In this document: one piece after another, positions 38,309-47,328 of the stretch
Layout of the letters: every line of letters begins with the position of its first letter
Position numbering within the stretch: position 1 is the first letter of the stretch
From: Phycisphaerae bacterium
GTDB lineage: Bacteria > Planctomycetota > Phycisphaerae > UBA1845
Assembly: GCA_020056715.1 (NCBI GenBank)
Contig: JAGVHG010000106.1
Location: 1,153 to 65,152, forward strand
Length of the DNA: 64,000 nt
Direction: 5' to 3'
The notes under the pieces: model-generated
The model's input: the letters and a program-made list of their open reading frames with translations, nothing else
Databases searched by the model: none
Told to the model about the DNA's origin: nothing
Translations under genes and position numbers: made by a program

Positions 38309-39133
38309 TCAGGATTTGGCGGTGGATTCACCCTTCGCCGACGGCGATTTACGGGAAAGCATCGTCTGGAGGATCAGCGAGGTCACCAGAAACCCACCGA
38401 CCCCGACGCCGACTAGGCTGGGGTTGTTTTGGAAGGCCTGATAAGATTCCGGTACAGAGTGCGTCAGCAGCGTCGCCGCCGCCGTAGTCACCAGCACCGT
38501 CCCAACCAATGAGGTCGCCAGAATCAGCGCAATGCGTACGGCCACAATTCCCAGGCATAGACCGGTAAGTAGCGCCACAGTCGCAAGCGCCTTGGTGTTG
38601 CGCGCGACGTTCACGTCTCGTTGGGTGACGAACGCCCAGAACTCCTCCGCCCACTGCCGTGGAGTTCGGTCGCGATAGGATTGCTGCTCTATAGGAGTGG
38701 GAACAGCGAAGGTGATCGGACTTTGGATCGCGGGTTGTTGCGCTCCTTGCTCAAACTCCGCGACGTAGGGCACAACCTGATGGTAGCCGAAGGTACCCAA
38801 GACCAGTGATGAAAATACAACCGCCGCGCCCAGCCCCACCCATAGACGGAAAGTCTGGTAGGCGATCATGCCGATCAAGAAGGCGCCCACAAGCCCACAC
38901 ATCAGAGGATGGAAACCCAACTCCTTACCGAATCGCGCCCCATAAACACCGCCCAACACGACAAACGCGCTGGTAACTCCAAACCGGGCCAACTTCGCTC
39001 CGAGGACACTGAGGCCGATGCCGGCCACTAGGAAGATCAGGGCGGCCGGGACTGCCCCTCGCAAGGCATCGGTCGGAGCGTGCTGCACGACGAAAAGACG
39101 CGCCTGTTCGAGGATGGTTTCGACTTCGTTCAT
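38309..39133 (-). CDS. Polytopic Gly-rich membrane protein, unknown function
   Basis: About 7 TM helices with a soluble loop of about 60 aa. First gene downstream of ftsQ on the same strand. Confidence 0.6.
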   Translation of the reverse strand: MNEVETILEQARLFVVQHAPTDALRGAVPAALIFLVAGIGLSVLGAKLARFGVTSAFVVLGGVYGARFGKELGFHPLMCGLVGAFLIGMIAYQTFRLWVGLGAAVVFSSLVLGTFGYHQVVPYVAEFEQGAQQPAIQSPITFAVPTPIEQQSYRDRTPRQWAEEFWAFVTQRDVNVARNTKALATVALLTGLCLGIVAVRIALILATSLVGTVLVTTAAATLLTHSVPESYQAFQNNPSLVGVGVGGFLVTSLILQTMLSRKSPSAKGESTAKS

Positions 39134-39270
39134 AGTGACACCACTTTAACCTCCCCCATTATTCTACCTTCTCATTCGGCCACGGTGGCGTAATATTCTG
39201 TATCCCTTTTCCCCCCGGCAATGCCGTAACCCCAGTATTAGCACGGCTAAGCCGATTTCCGAAGCATGGG

Positions 39271-40203
39271 TTAACCGGGGATCGTGTAACGGTCGGGGAA
39301 CGTGGAGACGTCGATCACCGCATGGCGGGCATCCACCCGTCCCGTCTTGCTGAAGTTCTCACGCAGTAAAGCTAATTTTTGCTGGACGCCATTTTCCTCT
39401 AATTCCGATCCTGGGGCCGATCCCCAACGAATTCGCCCACCGGCTTGATCGGTCATCAGCTCGATATGGCAAGCCCTCGTGTCGCGGCGTCCGCCGAAGT
39501 TGGCGACCGCAACACCGACGATTTGCCGTCCGAAGGGTTCGTCCTTCACGGCCGAAAGGACGGCCAAGGCAGCGCGGACATCCTCGCCGTCCCACGGCGC
39601 GCCTGCTTGCGGCGCAGGTTTGGCGACGCCGTCGATCAAACGCCAAGCGGGGGTATGGACGTAGACCCCGGGCAAGCGGACGGCCTCCGCATCCGATAGA
39701 AAGAACTTGTCACCGTGCTGGACCAACGCGGCAGGAACGCGATAACGACAACTGATTTCAAATCGCCCGCCTCCGGTTCGCCGTACGAAATTCACCCGTG
39801 AGACCCATCCGACCCCGGCGATTCGCGTAGCCATCTCGCCACAAAGGCGATCGTCCGTCCATTCTCGTCCGAGCAGGTCGAACAGGCTGCTGTGCAGGTC
39901 GTAGTTTGCGAGGGTCACAAGCTCCTTGGGCAAGTCGACAAACTCGACGACGGGGTCGGGCCGATCGTGGAGAAGCAGTTCATCAACATGGGCGTCGAGT
40001 CGCCCCAAGGCCATCCATCCGCCGGACAGCATCACAACAACAGACACAGCGATCCCACCCACGACGGCGGTCCGCCGCCAGGGCAGGTGCGCCGCCCAGG
40101 ACCACCATCCTCGCTTCGCCGATCGCGTCAGCCGAACGACCCGTGAGTCGTTCGGCGAGGACAACGACCCCTTGCTCTTGTTCCTGCGTCGTTTTCGTCG
40201 CAT
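39271..40203 (-). CDS. ftsQ: Cell division protein FtsQ/DivIB-like (POTRA)
   Basis: Basic cytoplasmic tail MRRKRRRNKSKG, a single TM AVVGGIAVSVVVMLSGGWMAL, and a POTRA-like region. It sits directly after ddl. ATG at 40203; the track TTG at 40227 lies inside a palindrome. Confidence 0.65.
   Translation of the reverse strand: MRRKRRRNKSKGSLSSPNDSRVVRLTRSAKRGWWSWAAHLPWRRTAVVGGIAVSVVVMLSGGWMALGRLDAHVDELLLHDRPDPVVEFVDLPKELVTLANYDLHSSLFDLLGREWTDDRLCGEMATRIAGVGWVSRVNFVRRTGGGRFEISCRYRVPAALVQHGDKFFLSDAEAVRLPGVYVHTPAWRLIDGVAKPAPQAGAPWDGEDVRAALAVLSAVKDEPFGRQIVGVAVANFGGRRDTRACHIELMTDQAGGRIRWGSAPGSELEENGVQQKLALLRENFSKTGRVDARHAVIDVSTFPDRYTIPG
40127..40155 (-). repeat. dcw palindromic element, copy d
   Basis: gtcagccgaacgac-ccgtga-gtcgttcgg with a 9-bp stem. 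It lies inside the ftsQ N-terminal tail coding region. Confidence 0.85.
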
Positions 40204-40218
40204 GGTCGGGGACTCTGG

Positions 40219-40247
40219 GTCAGCCAAACGACCCGTGAGTCGTTTGG
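40219..40247 (-). repeat. dcw palindromic element, copy e
   Basis: gtcagccaaacgac-ccgtga-gtcgtttgg with a 9-bp stem, in the ddl-ftsQ intergenic region. Confidence 0.85.
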
Positions 40248-40265
40248 CGAATGATTAACTAACAC

Positions 40266-41225
40266 TCAGCCGTTTTTCATCGACAGTTCGACGATCCTCT
40301 GGCAGAGGCGGTCGAAGGTGAGGCCGATCCGAGCAGCGGCCTTGGGCAACAGAGAATGGCTGGTGAAGCCGGGGATGGTGTTCACTTCCAGGAAGTAAGG
40401 CTCCATGCTGGCGGCGTCGACCATGCAGTCGACACGGGAAAACACGCGGCATCCCAGCGCCCGATGAGCGGCAAGGCTAAACCGTTGGACCCCTACGAGC
40501 AGTTCAGGCGGCAGGTCGAGGTCGAATAGGTACTGCGTGTTGTCGTCGAGATACTTGGCCTGATAGTCGTAGAACTCTCTTTGGGTGCGGATTTCGCACA
40601 CCGGCAAAGCATCGTCGCCGAGGACGCCGACCGTAAGCTCAGGCCCGGCGATATATTTCTCCACCAAAGCCTTCCCGTACTTCGCTACGACCGCGTTCGC
40701 TGCTTCCTCCAGGGCCTTCGGAGTACGGGCGATGCTCGTATCGACGCTGCTGCCGGAAGAAACGGGTTTCACAACCACAGGTAGCTTGATGCGTGTGGCA
40801 AGCCCCGCGAGTCCCGCCCTTGTGACCAGTTCATAGGGAGGCGTCGGCACACCTGCCCGCTCGAAACATTGCTTAGACTCGGCCTTGTCCATGGCGAGCC
40901 GCGAGGCCGCCGCGCCGGTGCCGCTGTAGCGTAACCCGCGGGCATCGAGTTCGGCCTGTAAGGCCCCGTCCTCACCGAACTCACCATGCAGAGCGATGAA
41001 TACAAAATCAGCGGGGCGATCCAGGGCCGAAAGATCAGTCGGCCCAATATCACACAACTCAACTCGGTGTCCAACCCGGCGAAGGGCGTCGCAGACGGCG
41101 CGGCCGCTGCTGAGGCTCACTTCCCGCTCCACGCCGGGACCGCCGGCGAGGACGGTGATATCCAACAGTTCGACATTGGGTCGAGTTCGCTCGCCGCGCG
41201 TCGTCTTTGACAAAGCCACAGCCAT
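40266..41225 (-). CDS. ddl: D-alanine--D-alanine ligase
   Basis: Motifs ALHGEFGEDGALQ and EVNTIPGFT. Confidence 0.92.
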   Translation of the reverse strand: MAVALSKTTRGERTRPNVELLDITVLAGGPGVEREVSLSSGRAVCDALRRVGHRVELCDIGPTDLSALDRPADFVFIALHGEFGEDGALQAELDARGLRYSGTGAAASRLAMDKAESKQCFERAGVPTPPYELVTRAGLAGLATRIKLPVVVKPVSSGSSVDTSIARTPKALEEAANAVVAKYGKALVEKYIAGPELTVGVLGDDALPVCEIRTQREFYDYQAKYLDDNTQYLFDLDLPPELLVGVQRFSLAAHRALGCRVFSRVDCMVDAASMEPYFLEVNTIPGFTSHSLLPKAAARIGLTFDRLCQRIVELSMKNG

Positions 41226-41230
41226 CCGAC

Positions 41231-42130
41231 TTACCTCCGTACCCCCATCGGTCGCCAGATGTCGATTTCGACCTCCAGCTCCGTGCTAAAGGCGCTACGC
41301 ACCCGCTCGCGGATCAAGTCGATCAAGTGCAATACGTCGGACGCGGTCGCACCACGGCGGGCCACGATGAAATTCGCGTGACGTTCCGAAACCCGGGCCG
41401 CGCCCCACTGCGCACCCTTCAGTCCGGCCTGGTCGATCAGCGCGCCGGCGGATCGGCCGACTGGGTTTTTGAAGATGCAACCCGCGCTGCGGTCGCCGAG
41501 CGGCTGCGAGTCGCGCTTTTGTGCGAAAGACTCCTCAAACGCGAGTCGAACCTTGGCTGGATCGTCCTCAACCAGTTCCAGTTGCGCGGAAAGCACGATG
41601 TTGTCACCTAGCTCGCAGTGACGATAGCCGAATCCGCAGCGCTCTTTGGACCAAGTTTCCGTGTCTCCCTCCGGACGAAGTACCCGCACGTTCTTTACCA
41701 CATTCCCGAACTCGCCGGATCGCCCACCGGCATTCATCCGAATCGCCCCGCCGATCGTCGAGGGGATGCCGGCCATGCACTCCAGACCGGACAAGCCCAG
41801 CGCACTGCAGGCACGGGCAAAGGGCATCAAATCCACGCCCGCCCCGACGTCCACCTGCGAACCTCGGCGTTCCACACGACGGAAGGAGGCATGATCGAGG
41901 CGCACCACCACCCCGTCAAAGCCGTCGTCGCTGACCAGCACATTGGCCCCACGTCCGAGCACCTTCAGCGGGACTTCCTGCTCCCGTGCTCGAACCGCCA
42001 GAGCGGCTAACTGCTCAGCGCTATGCGGCTGGAACAAATACCGGGCACGTCCACCCAGGCGAAACCACGTCCTTCGCCCCAGTGGAGCATCGCACACGAT
42101 CCGATCCGCAAAGTCGTTCCACCAATTCAT
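41231..42130 (-). CDS. murB: UDP-N-acetylenolpyruvoylglucosamine reductase
   Basis: Motifs TWFRLGGRARY, GRGANVLV and SGLECMAGIPSTIGGA. Confidence 0.9.
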   Translation of the reverse strand: MNWWNDFADRIVCDAPLGRRTWFRLGGRARYLFQPHSAEQLAALAVRAREQEVPLKVLGRGANVLVSDDGFDGVVVRLDHASFRRVERRGSQVDVGAGVDLMPFARACSALGLSGLECMAGIPSTIGGAIRMNAGGRSGEFGNVVKNVRVLRPEGDTETWSKERCGFGYRHCELGDNIVLSAQLELVEDDPAKVRLAFEESFAQKRDSQPLGDRSAGCIFKNPVGRSAGALIDQAGLKGAQWGAARVSERHANFIVARRGATASDVLHLIDLIRERVRSAFSTELEVEIDIWRPMGVRR

Positions 42131-43592
42131 CCGCTACTTTCCAAACATCTCCCGCGCCCATGGTTAGCACCAGATCACCCTCCGCAAGCTGAGGCATCAA
42201 GTGGTCAACAACGCCGGCCAACGTCGGGATGTAATGCGCCCGACCGCCGGCACGACGAATCCGTAAGGCAAGCTCGGCGGAACCGGCCTGCCCCAGAGGG
42301 TCGCCCGAATCCCGCGCCCGATACACCTCGGGAACGATCACCTCATCCGCCTGCCCGAACGACTCGGCGAACTGGTCCATAAAATGCCGAGTTCGTGAAT
42401 CTTGGTGAGGTTGGAAGACCACCCACAACCGCCGTGGACGGTACCTGTCTCGCGCCGCCTCAATGGTAACCCGAATCTCGGTCGGATGATGGGCGTAGTC
42501 GTCCACAATGGTGACGCCGCGACCCTCCGCCCGCCAGCTCAGACGCCGGTCAACCCCAGAGAACGTGAACAGCGCCTCGGCGATGCGTTCAGGCTCGGCC
42601 CCCGCGTGGTACGCAAGGGCGATGGCGGCGAGGGCGTTGGCCACATTGTGCCGACCGGGAATAGATAAACCGGTCGAGAATAGTCGTGCGCCCCGAAGGT
42701 TAACATCGAAGCCGTATCGACCGCGGTCGATGCGAAGATTGCATGCCTGCCAGTCAGCGCCATCCGAAAAACCGAAGGTCTCCACCGGGCACCGCGCGGC
42801 GGAGGCGGCGGCTAAAGGCATTGTCTCGGTCCAACACTCATCCGCCGACGGCGGATTGGCCCTGACGGCCCGTCGGTCCTCGGCGTTGCAGAGTAGCACA
42901 CCGTCAGGGGCAACGTTCTCCGCGAATCGCGAGAAGGCGTCCACGATGTCGTCCAGATCGCGATAGCAGTCCAGGTGGTCCGACTCGATATTCAGTATGG
43001 CTGCGAGATGGGGCTGGAGGTACAAGAAAGAGCGGTCGAACTCGCACGATTCGACGATGAAGTGCGGCCCGCCGCCGACCCCGCTGCTCCCGCCTAGTTG
43101 TGCCGACCTCGCCCCGATGATAAACGAGGGCGATAGCCCGGCTTCGCGAAAAAGATGCACGCACATGCCCGTCGTGGTGCTTTTGCCGTGGGTGCCGGCG
43201 ATGGCGACCGCCTTACGAATCTTAGTCAACTCGCCTAGAAGTTGTGCATACTTGACCACGGGCAGGCCGCGCCGACGGGCGGCGGTCAACTCCGGGTTCG
43301 TATCCGGGACCGCGGCGCTGACGACCACAAGTTCGACATGGGTACTCAACTGCGTCTCGTGATGTCCAATGGCGACGCGGACCCCGCTTTGTACCAGCGG
43401 GCCAAGTCCGTCGAAGGCCGCTAGGTCGGAACCGCTCACCACGGCGCCCAGATCACGAAGCAGTGCGGCGGCGCCGCTCATACCGCAGCCGCCGATGCCG
43501 ATCATGTGAACGTGACGTCCGTTGAAGTTCTTCGGATGCGTGGTTGCCGGCGACGGGCGATCGGCGAAGGCTCCTTCGATCTTCGTGTGCAT
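42021..43592 (-). CDS. murC: UDP-N-acetylmuramate--L-alanine ligase
   Basis: Motifs GIGGCGMSG and GTHGKSTTT. The 3' end overlaps murB by 110 nt. Confidence 0.92.
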   Translation of the reverse strand: MHTKIEGAFADRPSPATTHPKNFNGRHVHMIGIGGCGMSGAAALLRDLGAVVSGSDLAAFDGLGPLVQSGVRVAIGHHETQLSTHVELVVVSAAVPDTNPELTAARRRGLPVVKYAQLLGELTKIRKAVAIAGTHGKSTTTGMCVHLFREAGLSPSFIIGARSAQLGGSSGVGGGPHFIVESCEFDRSFLYLQPHLAAILNIESDHLDCYRDLDDIVDAFSRFAENVAPDGVLLCNAEDRRAVRANPPSADECWTETMPLAAASAARCPVETFGFSDGADWQACNLRIDRGRYGFDVNLRGARLFSTGLSIPGRHNVANALAAIALAYHAGAEPERIAEALFTFSGVDRRLSWRAEGRGVTIVDDYAHHPTEIRVTIEAARDRYRPRRLWVVFQPHQDSRTRHFMDQFAESFGQADEVIVPEVYRARDSGDPLGQAGSAELALRIRRAGGRAHYIPTLAGVVDHLMPQLAEGDLVLTMGAGDVWKVADELVERLCGSDRVRCSTGAKDVVSPGWTCPVFVPAA

Positions 43593-43699
43593 GGCGATCC
43601 CTCAAGTGCGTATAATGAAGCTCAGCGCGAGGGGGTAAGCCGATCGAGACCACAGCGTCCGGCGTACACGCCGCGCCCTCGTCTCATTTATCGGGTGTG

Positions 43700-44968
43700 T
43701 TAGCACGTTGCCTCCACCGATTCGCACGCTCGGTCCGAGCTGGGTTTCTCCGCAAGACGAAGCACCTGCTCCGCGATGACGACTGCGGCGTTGCCGCGGC
43801 CCATGGACCGTGCGGCTGAGGACATTACCTCTCGCGCAACGTCTCCGGTCAGCAACTCTTCCAACACGCTTCGCAGCGCCGGGCCGTTGATCGCCGGGTC
43901 GATCGCATCGCGCACAATCCGCGCGGCTGATAGGCGGGCCAGACATTTCGCGTTCGCAAACTGATGCTGATCGCGGTGGTAGGGATAAGGCATGAGGATC
44001 GAAGGCTTGCCCGCCGCGGTAATCTCCGCCAGTGTTGAGGCGCCGGCTCGGGAGATCACTAAATCGGCGGCACGGAGGGCATCGGCCATGTGGTCCGTGT
44101 AGGGCTGTACGCACCAACTTTTCGCACAAACACCCAAGGGTGTTTGTGCTGACTGGGCGGCGATCGACCGGGTTCGATAGGCGGCGACCGTATCGGCGTG
44201 GTCTCTTTCGCCGGTCAGGTGCAGAATTTGCCAGTTGGGAAGCAACTCGACCAAATCCAGGTTGGCAATCACGGCCTCATTGATGGACTTTGAGCCTTGC
44301 GAAGCTCCAGTCACCAGTAGAGTCTTGCGATCCGATCGAAGCCCGAACCGTGCGATCCCGCTTTCTCGCTCCGTCGAGTCGAACCCCGGTCGGATCGGGC
44401 ATCCCAGAACCCGGACATCCGTGCCTCGCGGGTAGTGATCCACGGTATCCTCCCATTGGGCGAAAACGACATCGGCGATGCCCGCGAGATGCCGGTTGGC
44501 CCGGCCGGGAAGGGCGTCGGGATTGAGAATGGCGGTGGGAATACCCAGCCGATGGGCCTCGCGGACTGCCGGCACCGAAGCCATACCGCCGGTTCCAATG
44601 ACCACCACAGGTGGATCAAATTCAAAGCGGGTGCGGCACAAGCCGGAGGATCGTCGTAACCCAAGATAGATGCTCGGCCAGCGCCACGGCATCGACGAAA
44701 GAGCAGGCAAGGTCTGGCGGACGATATCGCAATCAACCCGGCTGAGGATTCGGTCGTCAATGGGTCGCTGTGTGCCGAAAAAGACGAACCGGGCATCTGG
44801 TACATGTCGGCGGATGGCGTCGGCTATAGCAATCGCCGGGTACAAGTGGCCGCCTGTACCGCCGCCGGCAAAGGCAATCAACGGACCAGTGCCACGGGCA
44901 TCCTTTTCGTGATCCACCGGCTGGAAGCCGGTGCTACAGAAAGGCGATCGTGGGCCTTCTGCAATCAC
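43700..44968 (-). CDS. murG: UDP-GlcNAc:lipid I N-acetylglucosaminyltransferase
   Basis: GGTGGHLYPA and ISRAGASTLAEI. Contains an in-frame 26-nt palindrome (see findings). Confidence 0.9.
   Translation of the reverse strand: MIAEGPRSPFCSTGFQPVDHEKDARGTGPLIAFAGGGTGGHLYPAIAIADAIRRHVPDARFVFFGTQRPIDDRILSRVDCDIVRQTLPALSSMPWRWPSIYLGLRRSSGLCRTRFEFDPPVVVIGTGGMASVPAVREAHRLGIPTAILNPDALPGRANRHLAGIADVVFAQWEDTVDHYPRGTDVRVLGCPIRPGFDSTERESGIARFGLRSDRKTLLVTGASQGSKSINEAVIANLDLVELLPNWQILHLTGERDHADTVAAYRTRSIAAQSAQTPLGVCAKSWCVQPYTDHMADALRAADLVISRAGASTLAEITAAGKPSILMPYPYHRDQHQFANAKCLARLSAARIVRDAIDPAINGPALRSVLEELLTGDVAREVMSSAARSMGRGNAAVVIAEQVLRLAEKPSSDRACESVEATC
44124..44153 (+). repeat. dcw palindromic element, copy c (inside murG)
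   Basis: gcacaaacaccc-aa-gggtgtttgtgc forms a 12-bp perfect stem, followed by tgac. Confidence 0.85.
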
Positions 44969-46131
44969 GAGGTCACCCCGTCCGCATCCTCAAGCATGGC
45001 GCGATGCGCAATCGCAGCCAAAAGTCCAACCGCCGCGCAAACCGTAAACAGGCCGCTGCCGCCTGCGGAAAGCATCGGAAGCGGTACTCCTGTGGTCGGC
45101 ATCATGACCGTGACGACGGCGACGTTCATCGCCGCCTGTATGGCGACTAGGAAGGTCAACCCGAACGCCAAGAGCCGCTCAAACCGCGTTCTGGCAGAAA
45201 GCATGGTGCGGATTCCCATCCACACAAAAGCGCAGAACAACAAGATCACCAGCGCCCCGCCGAACACTCCCAGCTCTTCGCACAGTACGGCGAAGACAAA
45301 ATCGGTATGGCTCTCCGGAAGATAGCCGTACTTTTGCACGCCCGATCCCAGGCCCGTACCCCACCATCCGCCCGAAGCGACGGTGACCAACGACTGCAAG
45401 GGTTGATAGCCGTTACCCCGGGGATCGCCCCAAAAGTCCTGGTAGGCCGCGATTCGCGCCAAGCGATATGGGGCCGCAAACAGCAAAACGGTCAATCCGG
45501 CGGCGCCGAGGCCGACGATCAGCAGTAAGTGATGCAAGCGGCAACCCGCGACAAAAAGAATCGCCCCAGCCGCACATGCCAGCAGCGCCGCCGTCCCGAA
45601 GTTTTCCTTGCCCACCAGGCCGACGCAAAGGCCGATGGCGAGCGCGGCGGGGAGGAATGCCCGTCCAAAAGACCGGGGGTTGGCGTTTCGTTCTCCCAGC
45701 AACGAAGCCAAGAAGGCAACCAACGCCAGCTTGGCAAGCTCCGAGGGTTGAAAGCCGACGCCGATCCCAAATCGCCCCAAATGGAGCCAACGCTGGGACC
45801 CGTGATGCGGGTCAGCTAGCCCCGGCACCAAGGCCGCCGCCAGCAACGCGACGGCCAGCACGAACAGAATTTTCGGAAGGCGGGCGCGAACGGACGGAGA
45901 TGCAAGCAGTGGTATGCCCAACCGTGCGGTCAGCAACATGATGGCCAGGCCGATGAGCATGAAGATCGCCTGCCGACCGAAGGGGGTGGTCCAGATACGC
46001 GGGGCCAGCAGCGATCGGTCGAGCGAGGCGGTCGCCGATCCGACCATCACCAAGCCAATGGACATCAACATGACCGCGATGAGGATCACCGCGGCAGGTC
46101 GAACGGGAGTGGTGCGATCTAGGGCAACCAT
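44965..46131 (-). CDS. ftsW: SEDS-family peptidoglycan glycosyltransferase FtsW
   Basis: Motifs FQPSELAKLAL and LPESHTDFVFA, with about 10 TMs. Overlaps the murG start by 4 nt. Confidence 0.88.
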   Translation of the reverse strand: MVALDRTTPVRPAAVILIAVMLMSIGLVMVGSATASLDRSLLAPRIWTTPFGRQAIFMLIGLAIMLLTARLGIPLLASPSVRARLPKILFVLAVALLAAALVPGLADPHHGSQRWLHLGRFGIGVGFQPSELAKLALVAFLASLLGERNANPRSFGRAFLPAALAIGLCVGLVGKENFGTAALLACAAGAILFVAGCRLHHLLLIVGLGAAGLTVLLFAAPYRLARIAAYQDFWGDPRGNGYQPLQSLVTVASGGWWGTGLGSGVQKYGYLPESHTDFVFAVLCEELGVFGGALVILLFCAFVWMGIRTMLSARTRFERLLAFGLTFLVAIQAAMNVAVVTVMMPTTGVPLPMLSAGGSGLFTVCAAVGLLAAIAHRAMLEDADGVTS

Positions 46132-46173
46132 GCTATGTCATCCTTGACATTCATTATCATTGGAAACTTGTGC

Positions 46174-47310
46174 TCAACGCAGCTTGATCGACGCCAGGGC
46201 CAAGCCCGCGAACATCGCCGCCACCAACCAAAACCGCACCACGGTCTGCGGCTCGCTCCAGCCGCCCAGGTGAAAATGATGATGAATCGGCGCACAGCGG
46301 AGGATCCGCCGGCCCGCGCTCCATTTGAAATAGCCGATCTGCACCATCACGGAGACCGCCTCGATCACGAAGACGCCGCCGGCAAGCAGAAGCATCAACT
46401 CCTGCCGCGTGACGACGGCGACAAACCCGATCAACCCGCCCAGAGGAAGCGACCCGGTATCGCCCATGAAAACCCGCGCTGGGTGACAGTTATACCACAA
46501 AAATCCTAAACAGGAACCCAAAATCGCCCCGCAAAGAACGACCAATTCGCCGCTCCTGGGCACATGGGGCAACAGCAGCTTTGCCGCCAGATCCTCGGTA
46601 CCAACGATGTAGGTCAGAATCACGAATACCAGGGCGCACAATGCGACGCAGCCAGAGGCCAGGCCGTCCATCCCGTCGGTAAGGTTGACCGCGTTCGAGG
46701 TCCCCGTCATCACCAAGACAGTGAGGACCATGAACGTCAGCGCCCCAAGCTGCAGGCCGGGCTTGTAGAACGGGACGCTCAAGATGTTGTAGGCCGGCAC
46801 CATCTCGACGGGTGGGTTGAGTACGACGAAGTTGCTCCGCCCGTGGTTGTAGATATAGAACCCAAGGACCACGCCCAGGCCGATCTGAAAGAGCAGCTTC
46901 TCGTGCATCTTCAAACCGTCGCGCGAGGTTGCCCGCCTTTGGGAGGTCAGCTTGAGCCAGTCGTCGATCGCCCCGAGTGCCCCCAGCCAGAATAAGCAGA
47001 CCAATCCCATCCGCACATAGAAGTTCGTCAGATCGGATAGAAGTAATACCGCAAGAGCAATGGACCCGAGGATCATCATCCCGCCCATCGTGGGGACGTT
47101 ATTCTTGTCGCGGGTCAGTTCGTTGAGCGAGGCATGATCGAACTCCGGTCGATCACCGAGCTTCCATTTCACAAGCTGCCGAATCATCCGCGGCAGCAGG
47201 ATTAAGGTGAAAAGGAAACAGAAAAGGGCCGCACAGGTTCCTCGGAAAAGGGTGTTCTCGTAGGCGTAATGTCGGCCCTCCGACCATTCCTGAAGAAGGT
47301 GATACAGCAC
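46174..47310 (-). CDS. mraY: Phospho-N-acetylmuramoyl-pentapeptide transferase
   Basis: Motifs NNVPTMGG, NAVNLTDGMDGLA and GDTGSLPLGG. Confidence 0.93.
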   Translation of the reverse strand: MLYHLLQEWSEGRHYAYENTLFRGTCAALFCFLFTLILLPRMIRQLVKWKLGDRPEFDHASLNELTRDKNNVPTMGGMMILGSIALAVLLLSDLTNFYVRMGLVCLFWLGALGAIDDWLKLTSQRRATSRDGLKMHEKLLFQIGLGVVLGFYIYNHGRSNFVVLNPPVEMVPAYNILSVPFYKPGLQLGALTFMVLTVLVMTGTSNAVNLTDGMDGLASGCVALCALVFVILTYIVGTEDLAAKLLLPHVPRSGELVVLCGAILGSCLGFLWYNCHPARVFMGDTGSLPLGGLIGFVAVVTRQELMLLLAGGVFVIEAVSVMVQIGYFKWSAGRRILRCAPIHHHFHLGGWSEPQTVVRFWLVAAMFAGLALASIKLR

Positions 47311-47328
47311 GCTTCGCCGCTTTCCGTC

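Noticed and set aside
43593-43699. Functional element in the 107-nt murG-murC spacer and other short dcw spacers.
   Set aside because: Only small generic hairpins (for example ggcgt-gt-acgcc) are visible, with no repeat-family member or promoter-like hexamers.
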